Positions 33,125 to 43,400 of a stretch of 43,483 nt of DNA are shown in pieces. The number at the start of each line of letters is the position of its first letter. Positions within the stretch are counted from its first letter, which is position 1. The translations under genes were made by a program, and so were the position numbers. The DNA is taken from the IMG/VR virus record IMGVR_UViG_3300026534_000004, positions 1 through 43,483 of that record. The stretch is one strand, 5' to 3'. Below the pieces are notes generated by a model. The model was not told the origin of the DNA. It saw only the letters and a list, made by a program, of their open reading frames with translations, and did no database searches. This DNA is from a virus (lineage: Duplodnaviria; Caudoviricetes).

Positions 33125-33325
33125 TCAGTAAAGATTGCGCTCCATCTCTTTCATGCGTTTCTGGCGCCGCCATTTGATGAACTCTTCGATCAGCAGAAGA
33201 ACGAGAAACGTCAGAAACGCACCAGCGGCGAGTTTCACAATGAATGATCCATTCATCAGCATCCCTGCCACGAGAATGAAGCCGAACATCAAATAACCGA
33301 TAAACAGGAACAGTAACCGCGCCAT
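33125..33325 (-). CDS. 66-aa two-TM membrane protein (moron-like)
   Basis: MARLLFLFIGYLMFGFILVAG...; antisense to the tail operon; GAGG RBS. Confidence 0.65.
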   Translation of the reverse strand: MARLLFLFIGYLMFGFILVAGMLMNGSFIVKLAAGAFLTFLVLLLIEEFIKWRRQKRMKEMERNLY

Positions 33326-36300
33326 GGCAGACCCTCGTCTCAATATCCGCATCTCTGTCGACAAAGATAAGGCGGAGCGCGCACTGAAGCAAGTTCGCGG
33401 GTCGAGCGAACGCCTCGGTGATGCTTTGCGGCGCATCGGTCATTATGGCGCCGCGGCATTCGCCGGATGGGGAATCTCGGAGTTGGCGTCCGGCATGGCC
33501 AGGCTGTCGCAATCGGTCACCCTGGTCGAGGCACGCCTGCGGCTCGTGACAAGCGGCGTCAAGGAGTTCGTCGCCGCTCAAAGAGATTCCATTCGCATCG
33601 CCACGCAGACCGGGCAGGGCTACGGCGATGTCGTGAACCTCTATTCCCGGTTGTCGCTCGCGCTCGACGGCGTGCAAAACCGCCAGCAGCGCGTTTCCAC
33701 GCTCACATCTTCTGTGGCGAATGCGCTGCGCGTGTCCGGCGCCAGTGCAGCCGAGGCGTCGTCTGTCATCACGCAATTTGGCCAGGCGATGGGCTCTGGT
33801 GTTCTCCGTGGCGAGGAGTTCAATGCGATCATGGAGAACGGCCAGCGACTCGCCAAGGCGCTGGCCGACGGCCTGGGTCTGCCGGTTGGCAAATTGCGTG
33901 CATTGGCTGAACAGGGACTGCTCACCGCCGAGGTCGTCGAACGCGCTATTGCGTCCCAGGCAAAAACGCTCGCGCGTGAAGCGGCGACCATGCCACGAAC
34001 CATCGAGCAGGCGATGACGAATGCCACCGATGCGGTGGCGCGCGCGCTCAATGAGCTGGATAAGCAGTGGCACGTGACCAGCGGGGTGGTTTCCGGCATT
34101 GATTCATTGGCGGACAATGCCGGCACCGCCGTTCGGTCGTTGGCGGCCGCCATCCAATCCGCGTTGATTCCGGCTACGATCGCTCTGGCCACAAAGGGGC
34201 TGCTGCTCGCCCAATCGATCTCTGCGCAGATCACGCAGCGCGTCAGAGAGCGCATCGCGGAACGCCAAGCCTACGCGGCTCGTCTCCAATCATTGCGTGC
34301 AAGTGTCGAGTACACCCGCCTCAAGCTCGCAGAGGCGGAAGCGACGGTGGCGTCCGCCACTGGCATGCGTCGCCTTGCGCTGGTCGAACAAACGCTCATT
34401 CCAGCCCAGGAGCGGCTCCGTGCGGCGCAAAGATCGTTGAATGCCACCATGGCTGCCGCACCGTCTCTGATCGGCGGAATCCGCGGAGCCCTGAGCCTGC
34501 TCGGCGGCCCGATCGGGTTGATCACGACATTGTTGACCTTCGGCATTACAGCCTGGGCGAGCTGGGGGAACGAGGCGGAGAGCGCTGCTGAAAAAGCGAA
34601 ACGCAGGGTAAACGAAGTCAACGATGCCCTGGACAGGCTCGAGCGCCGGAAAAAATTTGGCACAGGAGACGCGGCGCTATTCCGAGAGGAGCTCAATCGG
34701 CAATACGCCCGCCTGTCTGCGTTGCGCGAGAGTGCAGCGGTCACCTATCGCGGGCGCCCGACGGAAACGCTCAAGCGCCAAATCGCGGAAACCGAACGGC
34801 GCATCGATCGTCTCCGGAACGCGCTTGCTTCTCTCGATGCGGAACGGCGCAAACTGGAAAGCGTCGGCACGGGCAAGAATGGCGGTCCCACCGCGCTCGG
34901 CCAAGAGATTCTGCGCAAGCAATGGGACGCTTACATCAAACGCTTTGCCCAGGGGCGCGAAAAACTCAAGGTTGAGATGGACAAGCTGCGCCAGATGGCG
35001 CGCCAGGCGGGCATCAAAGAGACCAGTGATGAATTCAAGCGCGCGGCGGAAGCGCTGCGACGAAAAGTCATCGGGGAGCAAGAGGCGAAAGCGAAAAAAG
35101 ACGCGCTGAACGCGCGCCGTTCCGCATTGGCCGCGGAACTCAATCTTTTGCAAGACGGCCTGCAGCGGCAATCCACGACACTCGAATCTGCGCTGAAAGA
35201 TCGCTTGATCTCCATCAAGAACTATTACCGCCGCAAGGCGGAACTGGAACAGCGCGCCATCGATGCAGAGATCGCAAATACCCGCAAGCGGCTGGAGATC
35301 GCCACTCAGACCGGCGACAAACAGGCCGTCGTCCAACTCGAGACGGAGCTCATCCGGCTCTCGCGCGAACGCGAATCCATCGCCATCCGTGCATCGCGCG
35401 AGCAAGCAAAAGCGGAGCGCGAGCTCGCTGACGCGCTGGCCAATGTGCGCGACGAGCTGGCCCGTCTGACCGGCATGTCCACGGCTACACAGCGCCGCGA
35501 GGCCATCGCCCGCGGCTACCGCGATTTGCGCGCCCGGCTGCTTGCGGAGAATGACACGGCCGGGGTATCGCTCGTCGATCGCTTGATCGACGTCAAGGCC
35601 GCGCAGGCCAACCTCGATGCGTTGGAATCGAAATGGCGCCTGGCGCTCGACCGGATGCGCAATGCAGAAGAATCCATTCACATCCAGCAACAGCAGGGGC
35701 TCATTACCAATGCCGAAGCGCAAGACCGCATCGCAGCGGCCCATCGCCAGGCGGCCGACGTTCTGCGCAGCCTGCTCCCGTCGATGGAACAGGCCGCCAA
35801 TGCCATTGGGCCGGAGGCGGTTGCCAGGGTGCAGGCATGGAAGAATGAGCTTGCGTCGGTGCAAACCGTCATCGACCCCATCGCGCAAACGCTCAATACC
35901 GATTTCAAAAACGCTTTCACTGAGGCGTTCACTGCCATTGGATCTGGGGCGAAGAATGCGAAGCAAGCGTTTCTGGATTTCGCCCGCTCCATCGTCGCTT
36001 CCATTCAACGCATCCTGGCGCAGAAGCTCTCTGAACAGATCCTCGGGAGTTTCTTCAAGGGATCCGGAGGCGCCGGTGGGTTCATCGCTGGACTGCTGAA
36101 GGGCTTTGCAACCGGCGGTTATGTCACCGGACCCGGCACATCCACATCAGATTCCATCCCAGCCAGGCTGTCCGCCGGCGAATATGTGATCAACGCCGCC
36201 GCCGTGAAGCGAGTTGGCGTTGCATTCTTGCACGCCATCAATAATTCCGGATTCGCGTCATCTGGGCCGAGCCTTGCTTTCGCGGCTGGTGGGCTCGTGC

Positions 36301-36467
36301 CGTCGCAAAAACCAGCGGCTCCGCAATCGGGTCAAGGTGTGCGGATTCTCAACGTGATCGACCCGAATCTTGTGCATGATTACATTGCCAGTGCAGAAGG
36401 AGAAAAGGTGATCATCAACCACATTGAACGCAACGCTGGGCGCGTCCGGCAGGTGCTTGGAGGTTGA
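33324..36467 (+). CDS. Tape measure protein
   Basis: 1047 aa, Ala-rich; QFGQAMGSGVLRGEEFNAIME; FATGGYVTGPGTSTSDSIPARLS. Confidence 0.95.
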   Translation: MADPRLNIRISVDKDKAERALKQVRGSSERLGDALRRIGHYGAAAFAGWGISELASGMARLSQSVTLVEARLRLVTSGVKEFVAAQRDSIRIATQTGQGYGDVVNLYSRLSLALDGVQNRQQRVSTLTSSVANALRVSGASAAEASSVITQFGQAMGSGVLRGEEFNAIMENGQRLAKALADGLGLPVGKLRALAEQGLLTAEVVERAIASQAKTLAREAATMPRTIEQAMTNATDAVARALNELDKQWHVTSGVVSGIDSLADNAGTAVRSLAAAIQSALIPATIALATKGLLLAQSISAQITQRVRERIAERQAYAARLQSLRASVEYTRLKLAEAEATVASATGMRRLALVEQTLIPAQERLRAAQRSLNATMAAAPSLIGGIRGALSLLGGPIGLITTLLTFGITAWASWGNEAESAAEKAKRRVNEVNDALDRLERRKKFGTGDAALFREELNRQYARLSALRESAAVTYRGRPTETLKRQIAETERRIDRLRNALASLDAERRKLESVGTGKNGGPTALGQEILRKQWDAYIKRFAQGREKLKVEMDKLRQMARQAGIKETSDEFKRAAEALRRKVIGEQEAKAKKDALNARRSALAAELNLLQDGLQRQSTTLESALKDRLISIKNYYRRKAELEQRAIDAEIANTRKRLEIATQTGDKQAVVQLETELIRLSRERESIAIRASREQAKAERELADALANVRDELARLTGMSTATQRREAIARGYRDLRARLLAENDTAGVSLVDRLIDVKAAQANLDALESKWRLALDRMRNAEESIHIQQQQGLITNAEAQDRIAAAHRQAADVLRSLLPSMEQAANAIGPEAVARVQAWKNELASVQTVIDPIAQTLNTDFKNAFTEAFTAIGSGAKNAKQAFLDFARSIVASIQRILAQKLSEQILGSFFKGSGGAGGFIAGLLKGFATGGYVTGPGTSTSDSIPARLSAGEYVINAAAVKRVGVAFLHAINNSGFASSGPSLAFAAGGLVPSQKPAAPQSGQGVRILNVIDPNLVHDYIASAEGEKVIINHIERNAGRVRQVLGG

Positions 36468-36470
36468 ATC

Positions 36471-37331
36471 ATGGCCTATGAGACTGGAACCATCACGAAT
36501 ACCAGCGGGAGCTTCACACTGGCCCATCAAAACCTGCTGGAACACATCAAAAACAAGGTGGCCGATACGGCATTTATGGGATCAGGGCAGGAGTGGACTG
36601 TCATGCGCTATGACACGTCTACGGATACCCATGAATTGATTTTGAAGGGTGTCGGGTTGTCCGGAACAGAAGAAATTTTTGTTGGGATTCAAGCGTATCA
36701 TGATGTGAATGCAGATTATTATAATCTCTGCGTGCAAACATTTACCGGATATGTTGCATCAAACACATTTGACAACCAACCAGGCGCCAGCGGTCCGATT
36801 GGTGTCCCAGCACACAATACAAGCATCACGTATTGGCTGATTGCAAACGCGCAGCGAATTGCAATTGCAATGAAGGTTGGAACCCCTGTTTATGAAACAT
36901 TTTATATTGGGAAGTTCCTTCCATACGACACTCCAAACCAATATCCATATCCTGTTGTTGCAATGGGAATGTTCAATGGCAGGTCTGCAAAACGTTTTTC
37001 CGATACGGATTATTTCATGCCATATCGTGGCGACGTGCAAAATTCAAAGTTAAGAAAACTGGACGGAACGTGGATTACGCCTTCTTCTTCTCCATGGATA
37101 AATCCGAATATAAAAGACGCCCTTCGGGATACTGAGGGGAATTATCATATTTTGCCTGTCGAGCTTTGCGATAACAGTAACATTTTTGGATACCTCGATG
37201 GCATTGGATATGTGAGCGGTTTCAATAATGCTGTTGAGAATATTGTTGACGTGAACGGGAAGCAATATCTTGTCGTGCAAGACGTCTGGAGAACAGGTTT
37301 TTCAGATTATTTCGCTATGGAGCTGAACTGA
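36471..37331 (+). CDS. Tail/virion structural protein
   Basis: Position after TMP; resembles tail proteins of D3112/B3-like phages; lower GC. Confidence 0.7.
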   Translation: MAYETGTITNTSGSFTLAHQNLLEHIKNKVADTAFMGSGQEWTVMRYDTSTDTHELILKGVGLSGTEEIFVGIQAYHDVNADYYNLCVQTFTGYVASNTFDNQPGASGPIGVPAHNTSITYWLIANAQRIAIAMKVGTPVYETFYIGKFLPYDTPNQYPYPVVAMGMFNGRSAKRFSDTDYFMPYRGDVQNSKLRKLDGTWITPSSSPWINPNIKDALRDTEGNYHILPVELCDNSNIFGYLDGIGYVSGFNNAVENIVDVNGKQYLVVQDVWRTGFSDYFAMELN

Positions 37332-38221
37332 TGCCATATCAAACAGGGATAGCAAATAGCGCGTCCGATCTTGTGACGACAATCGAGTCATTCGCAACCT
37401 CGAACGGATGGACAAAAACTGGAAATGTTTTGCATTCCTCCACTTGTTTTGTTGAATTGTCATCAGATAATTCCGTTAATCAGGTAATGTGCAAAGGAGG
37501 AACCGGGATTGACGCCTCCAATTCGCTGACAGGTGGTGGCGCAGACGTTTATGGTAGGATGCGAGATATAAACCCGAAACAAATCACATATCCTGTCACA
37601 TATCACTTGTTTGCGCATACGCAACCAGAAACAATAATTTGCGTCATCAATTATGACACGATCTATTTTCAATATTTGGCGTTTGGAATTGCCACAAATC
37701 TTGGCGTTCCTGGAACGTGTAATTTTGTTTCAGGCTCCATTTCAAAAAACGGACTTAGCAATATATATCATAAATATAATGAAGGCGGCGAATGGGGTTA
37801 TAGTAGCGCTGCAGCCATGTTTTGGAACAAGACAGGGCTTAGTTATGGGAATTTCCGAGGGAGCTTCATCCATGTAAACCTTGATGGTGTCGATTGGGCT
37901 GGAACGACATCACAAAGGGCTATGGTTTCAGCATATACACCAAAATTATTACAGCGTCAGCCGAATGCGATCAATAATCGATCAGTATTTATTCCGCTTA
38001 ATATTTTGTTTGACAGGCCGAGCTCTAAAATATCCTTGATAGCAAGGATTGAGCATTGCCGATGCTTAAGGATCGATTATTACGATCCGGGCGACATTGT
38101 GACGATAGGTCAAACAAAGTGGAAAGTTTTTCCGTGGTATAAAAAAGACGTCTCAAATCGTGATGGCGGAACTAACCATTCGGGTACGTCAGGATGGGCA
38201 ATATTATATGACGGGCCATAG
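37331..38221 (+). CDS. Tail/virion structural protein
   Basis: Position; HSGTSGWAILYDGP end; lower GC. Confidence 0.7.
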   Translation: MPYQTGIANSASDLVTTIESFATSNGWTKTGNVLHSSTCFVELSSDNSVNQVMCKGGTGIDASNSLTGGGADVYGRMRDINPKQITYPVTYHLFAHTQPETIICVINYDTIYFQYLAFGIATNLGVPGTCNFVSGSISKNGLSNIYHKYNEGGEWGYSSAAAMFWNKTGLSYGNFRGSFIHVNLDGVDWAGTTSQRAMVSAYTPKLLQRQPNAINNRSVFIPLNILFDRPSSKISLIARIEHCRCLRIDYYDPGDIVTIGQTKWKVFPWYKKDVSNRDGGTNHSGTSGWAILYDGP

Positions 38222-38223
38222 CA

Positions 38224-39924
38224 ATGCCGATATTGTCAGGAATATTGATCAGTAAGTCTGATTCCCCTGGGACAATATTTCATGTGTCAACTGACTTATC
38301 CAATTATGAGAAATTGGATTGGCCGCCACTTGCCGGAGTTTCTTTTCATTTAGAAAGAGGCGTTCTGATAGAAAATTACCCTGTAACCCAATCTGGGTCG
38401 AGAATTGCATCGGGATATTATCTTTGGGGGTTTGAACAGGATTGGTATCACCGCATCCACCTCCGTCCAGCAGAAGTGGATTTAGGATATGTGCTCTCAG
38501 ACCAGGTCAGGCAAATCGAGGTCTGGAATGCTCATTTCTCTGCGAAAACGCTCAACGCAGTGAATGCATCCGGCGCGGACGGGATTACTATTACAGGGCC
38601 GACACCGGAACCAACGACGTTTCAGCCGCTGGAGAGCCGAAACTACACATTGACGGTTTCCAATACTGGCGCGCCAACCATTGATGCCACGTTCAGTTTT
38701 GCATTCACCGGCGAGACCCCCAAATTGCTGGTTACAGGGGATCGAGTTTCCGTTTGGAAAACGCGGCCAAATTGGTCGCGCGGTATCCGCGAACGTTGGG
38801 AATGGCTCACTGATGTGCTCATCGCTCATGACAATCACGAGCAGCGAGTTCGATTGCGCGCTCGCCCCAGGCGCAGCGTCGAATTTGATATTTTGCCGCA
38901 TGAGCAGGAGCGTCAATGGCTTGAGAATGCCCTCTGGAAATGGCAGGCGCGGACATTTGCGGTTCCGGTCTGGCCGGATCAGAAACGCCTCGATGTCGAT
39001 GCCGCAGCCGGCAGCAACGCATTGAGCCTCGATACATCAGAGGCGGAGTTCGAGGTTGGAGGTCTTGTGATTTTGCTCGGCGACGGTATTGCGGAAGCTG
39101 GAGAAATCACAGTCGTCTCAGCCACTGGTTTGTCACTGAAAACACCGCTGCAGATGGATTGGCATGCTGGGGCCTCGGTTTTTCCGGCACGCCTCGGGCG
39201 CATCGGCGACCGTCAAGCGGTGGATCGATTGACAAATGCCGTGAGTCGCGCCGTTGTGCGATTCGACTTCGAGGATTCTGGCCAGGTGTTCACGGCTCAG
39301 GACTCCACTGCCAGCTATCGCGGATGGCCAGTGCTCGAGGATGGCCCCAATTGGGTTGAGGATCTCAAGCAGGAATACCATCAAAAGATTGTTGAGTTCG
39401 ATTGGCGAACTGGTGGCAGATTCGTCGAGTATCAAGCCGACGTGCCGAATCAGCTCCAATCGTTCCGTTGGACATTGAGCGGACGAACGGCCATCGATGC
39501 ATTCCGGCGGTGGCTGTACGCCCGCGCCGGCCGCTTGGTGCCGTTCTGGTTCCCGCAGCCGTCCAATGACTTGACCGCGACCCAAATCATCGGCGCCGGT
39601 TCCACCCAGCTCACCGTTCGTCACGTCAATTACACCCTGTTCGCACAGGGGCAGCCTGGACGGCGCGACATTCGCGTCCAATTGCATGACGGCACCGTGC
39701 TCTATCGACGTGTCGTTGCGGCCAATGAGTTGTCGGTTGCAGAAGAAAATTTGGAATTGGACGCGCCATTATCGTCCACGGCGACGATCGCACCAGAGGA
39801 GATCGTGCGGATTTCCTACCTGCAGCCGTGCCGGCTCAATCAGGACGCGGTGGAAATCCTTTGGCACACTGACCAACTGGCGGAGTCCTCAGCCATTATT
39901 CGCAGCGTGAACGATGACGTTTGA
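38224..39924 (+). CDS. Minor tail protein
   Basis: WYHRIHL, PNWSRGIRERWEWLTDVL...EQRVRLRARPRR. Confidence 0.75.
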   Translation: MPILSGILISKSDSPGTIFHVSTDLSNYEKLDWPPLAGVSFHLERGVLIENYPVTQSGSRIASGYYLWGFEQDWYHRIHLRPAEVDLGYVLSDQVRQIEVWNAHFSAKTLNAVNASGADGITITGPTPEPTTFQPLESRNYTLTVSNTGAPTIDATFSFAFTGETPKLLVTGDRVSVWKTRPNWSRGIRERWEWLTDVLIAHDNHEQRVRLRARPRRSVEFDILPHEQERQWLENALWKWQARTFAVPVWPDQKRLDVDAAAGSNALSLDTSEAEFEVGGLVILLGDGIAEAGEITVVSATGLSLKTPLQMDWHAGASVFPARLGRIGDRQAVDRLTNAVSRAVVRFDFEDSGQVFTAQDSTASYRGWPVLEDGPNWVEDLKQEYHQKIVEFDWRTGGRFVEYQADVPNQLQSFRWTLSGRTAIDAFRRWLYARAGRLVPFWFPQPSNDLTATQIIGAGSTQLTVRHVNYTLFAQGQPGRRDIRVQLHDGTVLYRRVVAANELSVAEENLELDAPLSSTATIAPEEIVRISYLQPCRLNQDAVEILWHTDQLAESSAIIRSVNDDV

Positions 39925-40726
39925 CACCCTGGAAAAATCCGCGATCGATGGCGCACCAGTTGAACTCTATGAGTTCACCATTGGGCCGAACCACTGGCGC
40001 TATACGTCCGGCGATGAAAATCAGGTATTGAACGGGCTGACGTTCAAGCGAGAACCACTGAAGCGATCCAAGCTCGAAATTGGAGAAGAAATCAATCGCG
40101 CCAATCTGAAAATTCATCTCCCGCGCGATAATCCCGTTGCAGATCTGTTTCGGCTCTATCCGCCAGGAGCGGTAATGCTGGTGCGCATTTGGCGGCGGCA
40201 CCGCGGAGACGCGGATGCCGTTTTGCTCTGGCATGGGCGCGTTCTCAATTGCGAGTTTGCCGGCGGAGAAGCGATCCTGCACTCAGAGCCAGCGCTCACA
40301 TCATTGCGGCGCAACGCCCTGCGTCGTTTCTGGCAACGTCAGTGCCCGCATGTGCTTTACAGCACATCATGCAAGGTCTCGCAATCTGCTTACAAGATCA
40401 GCGATCAAGCGTCCGCCGTAAACGGAACTCAGGTCGACGTGCCCGCGGCCGCCGGTCAGGCGGATGGCTATTATGCAGGAGGTATCTTTTCCTGGGGCAA
40501 CCCATCCGGCGTCGTCGAGTCTCGCATCATCTTGTCGCATACTGGAACCACATTGACGCTGGCCGCCCCAATCCATGATCTCGTGGCAGGAGACACGGTA
40601 GATATTTCACCTGGGTGTGATCACACTTTGAGCACATGCACGGGGCGTTTCGGCAACGCGGAAAATTACGGCGGCTGGCCGTATATCCCCAGAAAAAATC
40701 CCTTTGGTGGGACCACACTATTTTGA
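39914..40726 (+). CDS. Tail tip protein (BR0599/gpL-like)
   Basis: QCPHVLYSTSC and PGCDHTLSTC..FGN..NYGGWPYIP. Confidence 0.85.
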   Translation: MTFDTLEKSAIDGAPVELYEFTIGPNHWRYTSGDENQVLNGLTFKREPLKRSKLEIGEEINRANLKIHLPRDNPVADLFRLYPPGAVMLVRIWRRHRGDADAVLLWHGRVLNCEFAGGEAILHSEPALTSLRRNALRRFWQRQCPHVLYSTSCKVSQSAYKISDQASAVNGTQVDVPAAAGQADGYYAGGIFSWGNPSGVVESRIILSHTGTTLTLAAPIHDLVAGDTVDISPGCDHTLSTCTGRFGNAENYGGWPYIPRKNPFGGTTLF

Positions 40727-40736
40727 GGAGAAAGCC

Positions 40737-40973
40737 ATGTGGGGGCTTCTGATCAAGTTCATCATTACATCAGTATTGAGCTATGTGCTCGCGCCGAAGC
40801 CGCAAAAACAAAACGCCACGCCGGCCGCACTAAAAGATTTCGACATACCGACCGCCGATGATGGCAGGCCGATTCCGGTCATTTTCGGCACAGCGGTCAT
40901 TCGTGGCCCCAATGTCGTCTGGTATGGTGATCTCTATGCGGACCCCATCGTCAAGGAAGGCGGGAAAAAATGA
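40737..40973 (+). CDS. Small tail tip protein
   Basis: PTADDGRPIPVIFGT..GPNVVWYGD. Confidence 0.78.
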   Translation: MWGLLIKFIITSVLSYVLAPKPQKQNATPAALKDFDIPTADDGRPIPVIFGTAVIRGPNVVWYGDLYADPIVKEGGKK

Positions 40974-41173
40974 GGATAACGGTTAATGATGCGCGCGAAC
41001 TTGGTTATTGCAGTCGCGGCATGCGAAACTGGTTTAAGCGCAACGGTCTGGACTGGTCGCGGTTCGTTCGTGATGGCCTGCCGGCGGAGGTTCTGATTGC
41101 CACCGGCGATGCCATGGCAGTTGAATTAGTTGAACACGTGAGAGGTCGGAATGGGCGGCAGCAGCGACAGTGA
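40970..41173 (+). CDS. Small tail-associated protein
   Basis: GYCSRGMRNWF..GLDWSRFVRDG..ATGDAMA. Confidence 0.78.
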   Translation: MRITVNDARELGYCSRGMRNWFKRNGLDWSRFVRDGLPAEVLIATGDAMAVELVEHVRGRNGRQQRQ

Positions 41174-43292
41174 AGCCATTGTTGGATACCGCTATCATCT
41201 CGGTATTCACTTTGCGTTATGCCACGGCCCCGTGGACGAGGTTCAGGAGATTCTTGTTGACCAGCGTACCGCATGGATCGGATCAGTATCATCGACTCAG
41301 GACATCAGCATCTCGGCTGCTGGATTGTTTGGCGGAGAAAGTCGCGAGGGCGGTATCAGCGGCACGGTCGGGCTTTTGTTCGGGGAGCCAACCCAGGCAA
41401 GAGACGGCTATCTCGTGTCGAAACTCGGATCGGCAATTCCAGCATTCCGTGGAGTATTGAGCGCCGTCCTGAAGCGCTGTTATATCGGCACAAACCCCTA
41501 TCTCAAGCCCTGGGCGTTTCGTGTCAAACGCATTCCTGGCAAGGGCTGGTATTCCGCCAAATCAGAAATTGGCGGGCACGCCAATCCGGCCCATATCCTC
41601 TATGAATGCATCACCAATGCAGAGTGGGGAATGGGCTATCCTGACTCCAGCATTGACGACGCCAATTTCCGTGCTGTCGCCGACACGCTCTATGACGAGG
41701 GGTTCGGCCTCTCCATGATCTTCAACCAGCAGGCGCCCATCCATCAGTTCATTCAGACGGTGGTGGACCACATCGGCGCGGTGTTCCGGCTCAACCCTGG
41801 CACGGGTCTGTTCGAGATCAAGCTGATTCGCGACGACTACACCCCGGCAGATCTGCCACTGCTCAACGAAAGCAACATCATTGCCCTGGATCGCTACCAG
41901 CGCGCCGCCTGGGGCGAAACGGTCAATGAGATCATCCTCAAATATCAAGACAATGATTTCAAGCCTGTCAGCGTCACCGTGCAAGATATCGGAAACATTC
42001 ACATGCAGGGCGGCGTGGTTTCTGAATCTGTTGAGTTGACCGGCATCCATGACGATCTGCTGGCACAGCGTGTAGCCATGCGCGAACTGCGATCCAGATC
42101 CACACCTGTGAGCAGCGTGCGAATATCTGCTAACCGTCAAGCATGGGGGATTCTGCCGGGTGACGTTTTCCGCCTCTCCTGGCCGAAACTTGGGCTGTCC
42201 GATGTTGTTTACCGTGTCCTCAATATCGATTTTGGCGAGTTGGACAATGGGCAAATCATCATTGACGCAGCAGAGGACATTTTCGGGCTGCCGAACGACA
42301 GCTACACAAAACAAGAGCCCATCGGATGGGTCTCGCCGAACAGCCCACCAGCCGCCGCGCCCCATCGAGTTCTCTATGAGGCGCCCTATTGGGATGTGGT
42401 TCGCCTCCTCGGAGAGCCGGACGCTCAAGCATTGGCCGCCGACGCGGGCTTTCTAGTCGCAGTTGCCACCGCGCCAACTGGCGATTCCATCCAATTCCGT
42501 TTGTTGGACCGCGTCGGGAGCGCAAATTTTGCTGAAGTAGGCACCGGCCATTTCAGCCCGACAGCAACGCTTTCTGCAGACATCTCTCCCGCCATTGCAT
42601 CGATTTTGTCGTTCAACAACGACGATCGTCTCAGTGATTCGGTGGTCGGCGGATATGCATTGCTCGGCGATGAGCTCGTTGAAGTCACCGCCATCGATCT
42701 TGCTGCCAAGACCGTCACGGTGAATCGCGGCATTCTCGATACCGTTCCCAAGGCATGGCCGTCCGGAACTCGTATCCTGTTCTGCTATACCCTGCGGGGG
42801 TACGATGCAACGGAGCGCGTGCAAGGGGAAGCGGTGAATGTAAAAATTCTCACTGTCACCGGAACTGGCGTGCTCGACGAGGCCAGCGCGCCCATCGACA
42901 CGCTCACTCTCGATGCCAGGCAGGCGCGTCCATATCCTCCAGGGAACGTCCTCCTGAATGGCGTCGCTTACCCCTCAACAATTACCGGACAGCTGACGAT
43001 CACATGGTCGCATCGTGATCGGCTGCAGCAGACGGCTGGATTCACTCGTCAAGATGCCGGGGACATTGGACCGGAAACCGGGACAACATACACGCTACGG
43101 CTCTATGACCAGAATGACGTGCTCGTGCGAACAGAAACCGGCATTACCGGAACGAGTTACACCTGGACAACAGAAGATTCAGACAGTGGGCTGCCGGCTG
43201 GAACGCTCAATTCATCTCTCAGAATCGAATTAGAGGCCGTGCGCGACGGACTCACATCGCATCAAATGCATGACATCAGCGTGTCCAGATGA
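41151..43292 (+). CDS. Central tail/host-specificity protein
   Basis: GYRYHLGIHFALCHGPVD, ANPAHILYEC, IKLIRDDY, RPYPPGN. Confidence 0.85.
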   Translation: MGGSSDSEAIVGYRYHLGIHFALCHGPVDEVQEILVDQRTAWIGSVSSTQDISISAAGLFGGESREGGISGTVGLLFGEPTQARDGYLVSKLGSAIPAFRGVLSAVLKRCYIGTNPYLKPWAFRVKRIPGKGWYSAKSEIGGHANPAHILYECITNAEWGMGYPDSSIDDANFRAVADTLYDEGFGLSMIFNQQAPIHQFIQTVVDHIGAVFRLNPGTGLFEIKLIRDDYTPADLPLLNESNIIALDRYQRAAWGETVNEIILKYQDNDFKPVSVTVQDIGNIHMQGGVVSESVELTGIHDDLLAQRVAMRELRSRSTPVSSVRISANRQAWGILPGDVFRLSWPKLGLSDVVYRVLNIDFGELDNGQIIIDAAEDIFGLPNDSYTKQEPIGWVSPNSPPAAAPHRVLYEAPYWDVVRLLGEPDAQALAADAGFLVAVATAPTGDSIQFRLLDRVGSANFAEVGTGHFSPTATLSADISPAIASILSFNNDDRLSDSVVGGYALLGDELVEVTAIDLAAKTVTVNRGILDTVPKAWPSGTRILFCYTLRGYDATERVQGEAVNVKILTVTGTGVLDEASAPIDTLTLDARQARPYPPGNVLLNGVAYPSTITGQLTITWSHRDRLQQTAGFTRQDAGDIGPETGTTYTLRLYDQNDVLVRTETGITGTSYTWTTEDSDSGLPAGTLNSSLRIELEAVRDGLTSHQMHDISVSR

Positions 43293-43328
43293 TGGCAATT
43301 CATGGACACTATGTGGACTCAAGCCACA

Positions 43329-43341
43329 TAAGATATTGATA
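43329..43341 (-). promoter_or_regulatory. IHF binding site in att arm
   Basis: Minus strand TATCAATATCTTA matches WATCAANNNNTTR. Confidence 0.7.
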
Positions 43342-43356
43342 TATCTGGAAAAACTT

Positions 43357-43400
43357 CCGCTTAGGAGGCGGTTGCTCTATCCGGCTGAGCTACGAGGGCG
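43357..43400 (-). repeat. att core, right copy (5' half of tRNA-Arg)
   Basis: Identical to 84-127; lacks the T arm and 3' acceptor strand. Confidence 0.95.

Larger units (their letters stand above)
84..43400. mobile_element. Complete temperate prophage (siphovirus-like, lambdoid/Mu-like mosaic)
   Basis: Terminal 44-bp direct repeats, plus integrase, immunity, replication, packaging, head and tail modules in canonical order. Confidence 0.95.

Noticed and set aside
43357-43400. A second tRNA-Arg gene
   Set aside because: Only the 5' half is present; it is the att duplication.
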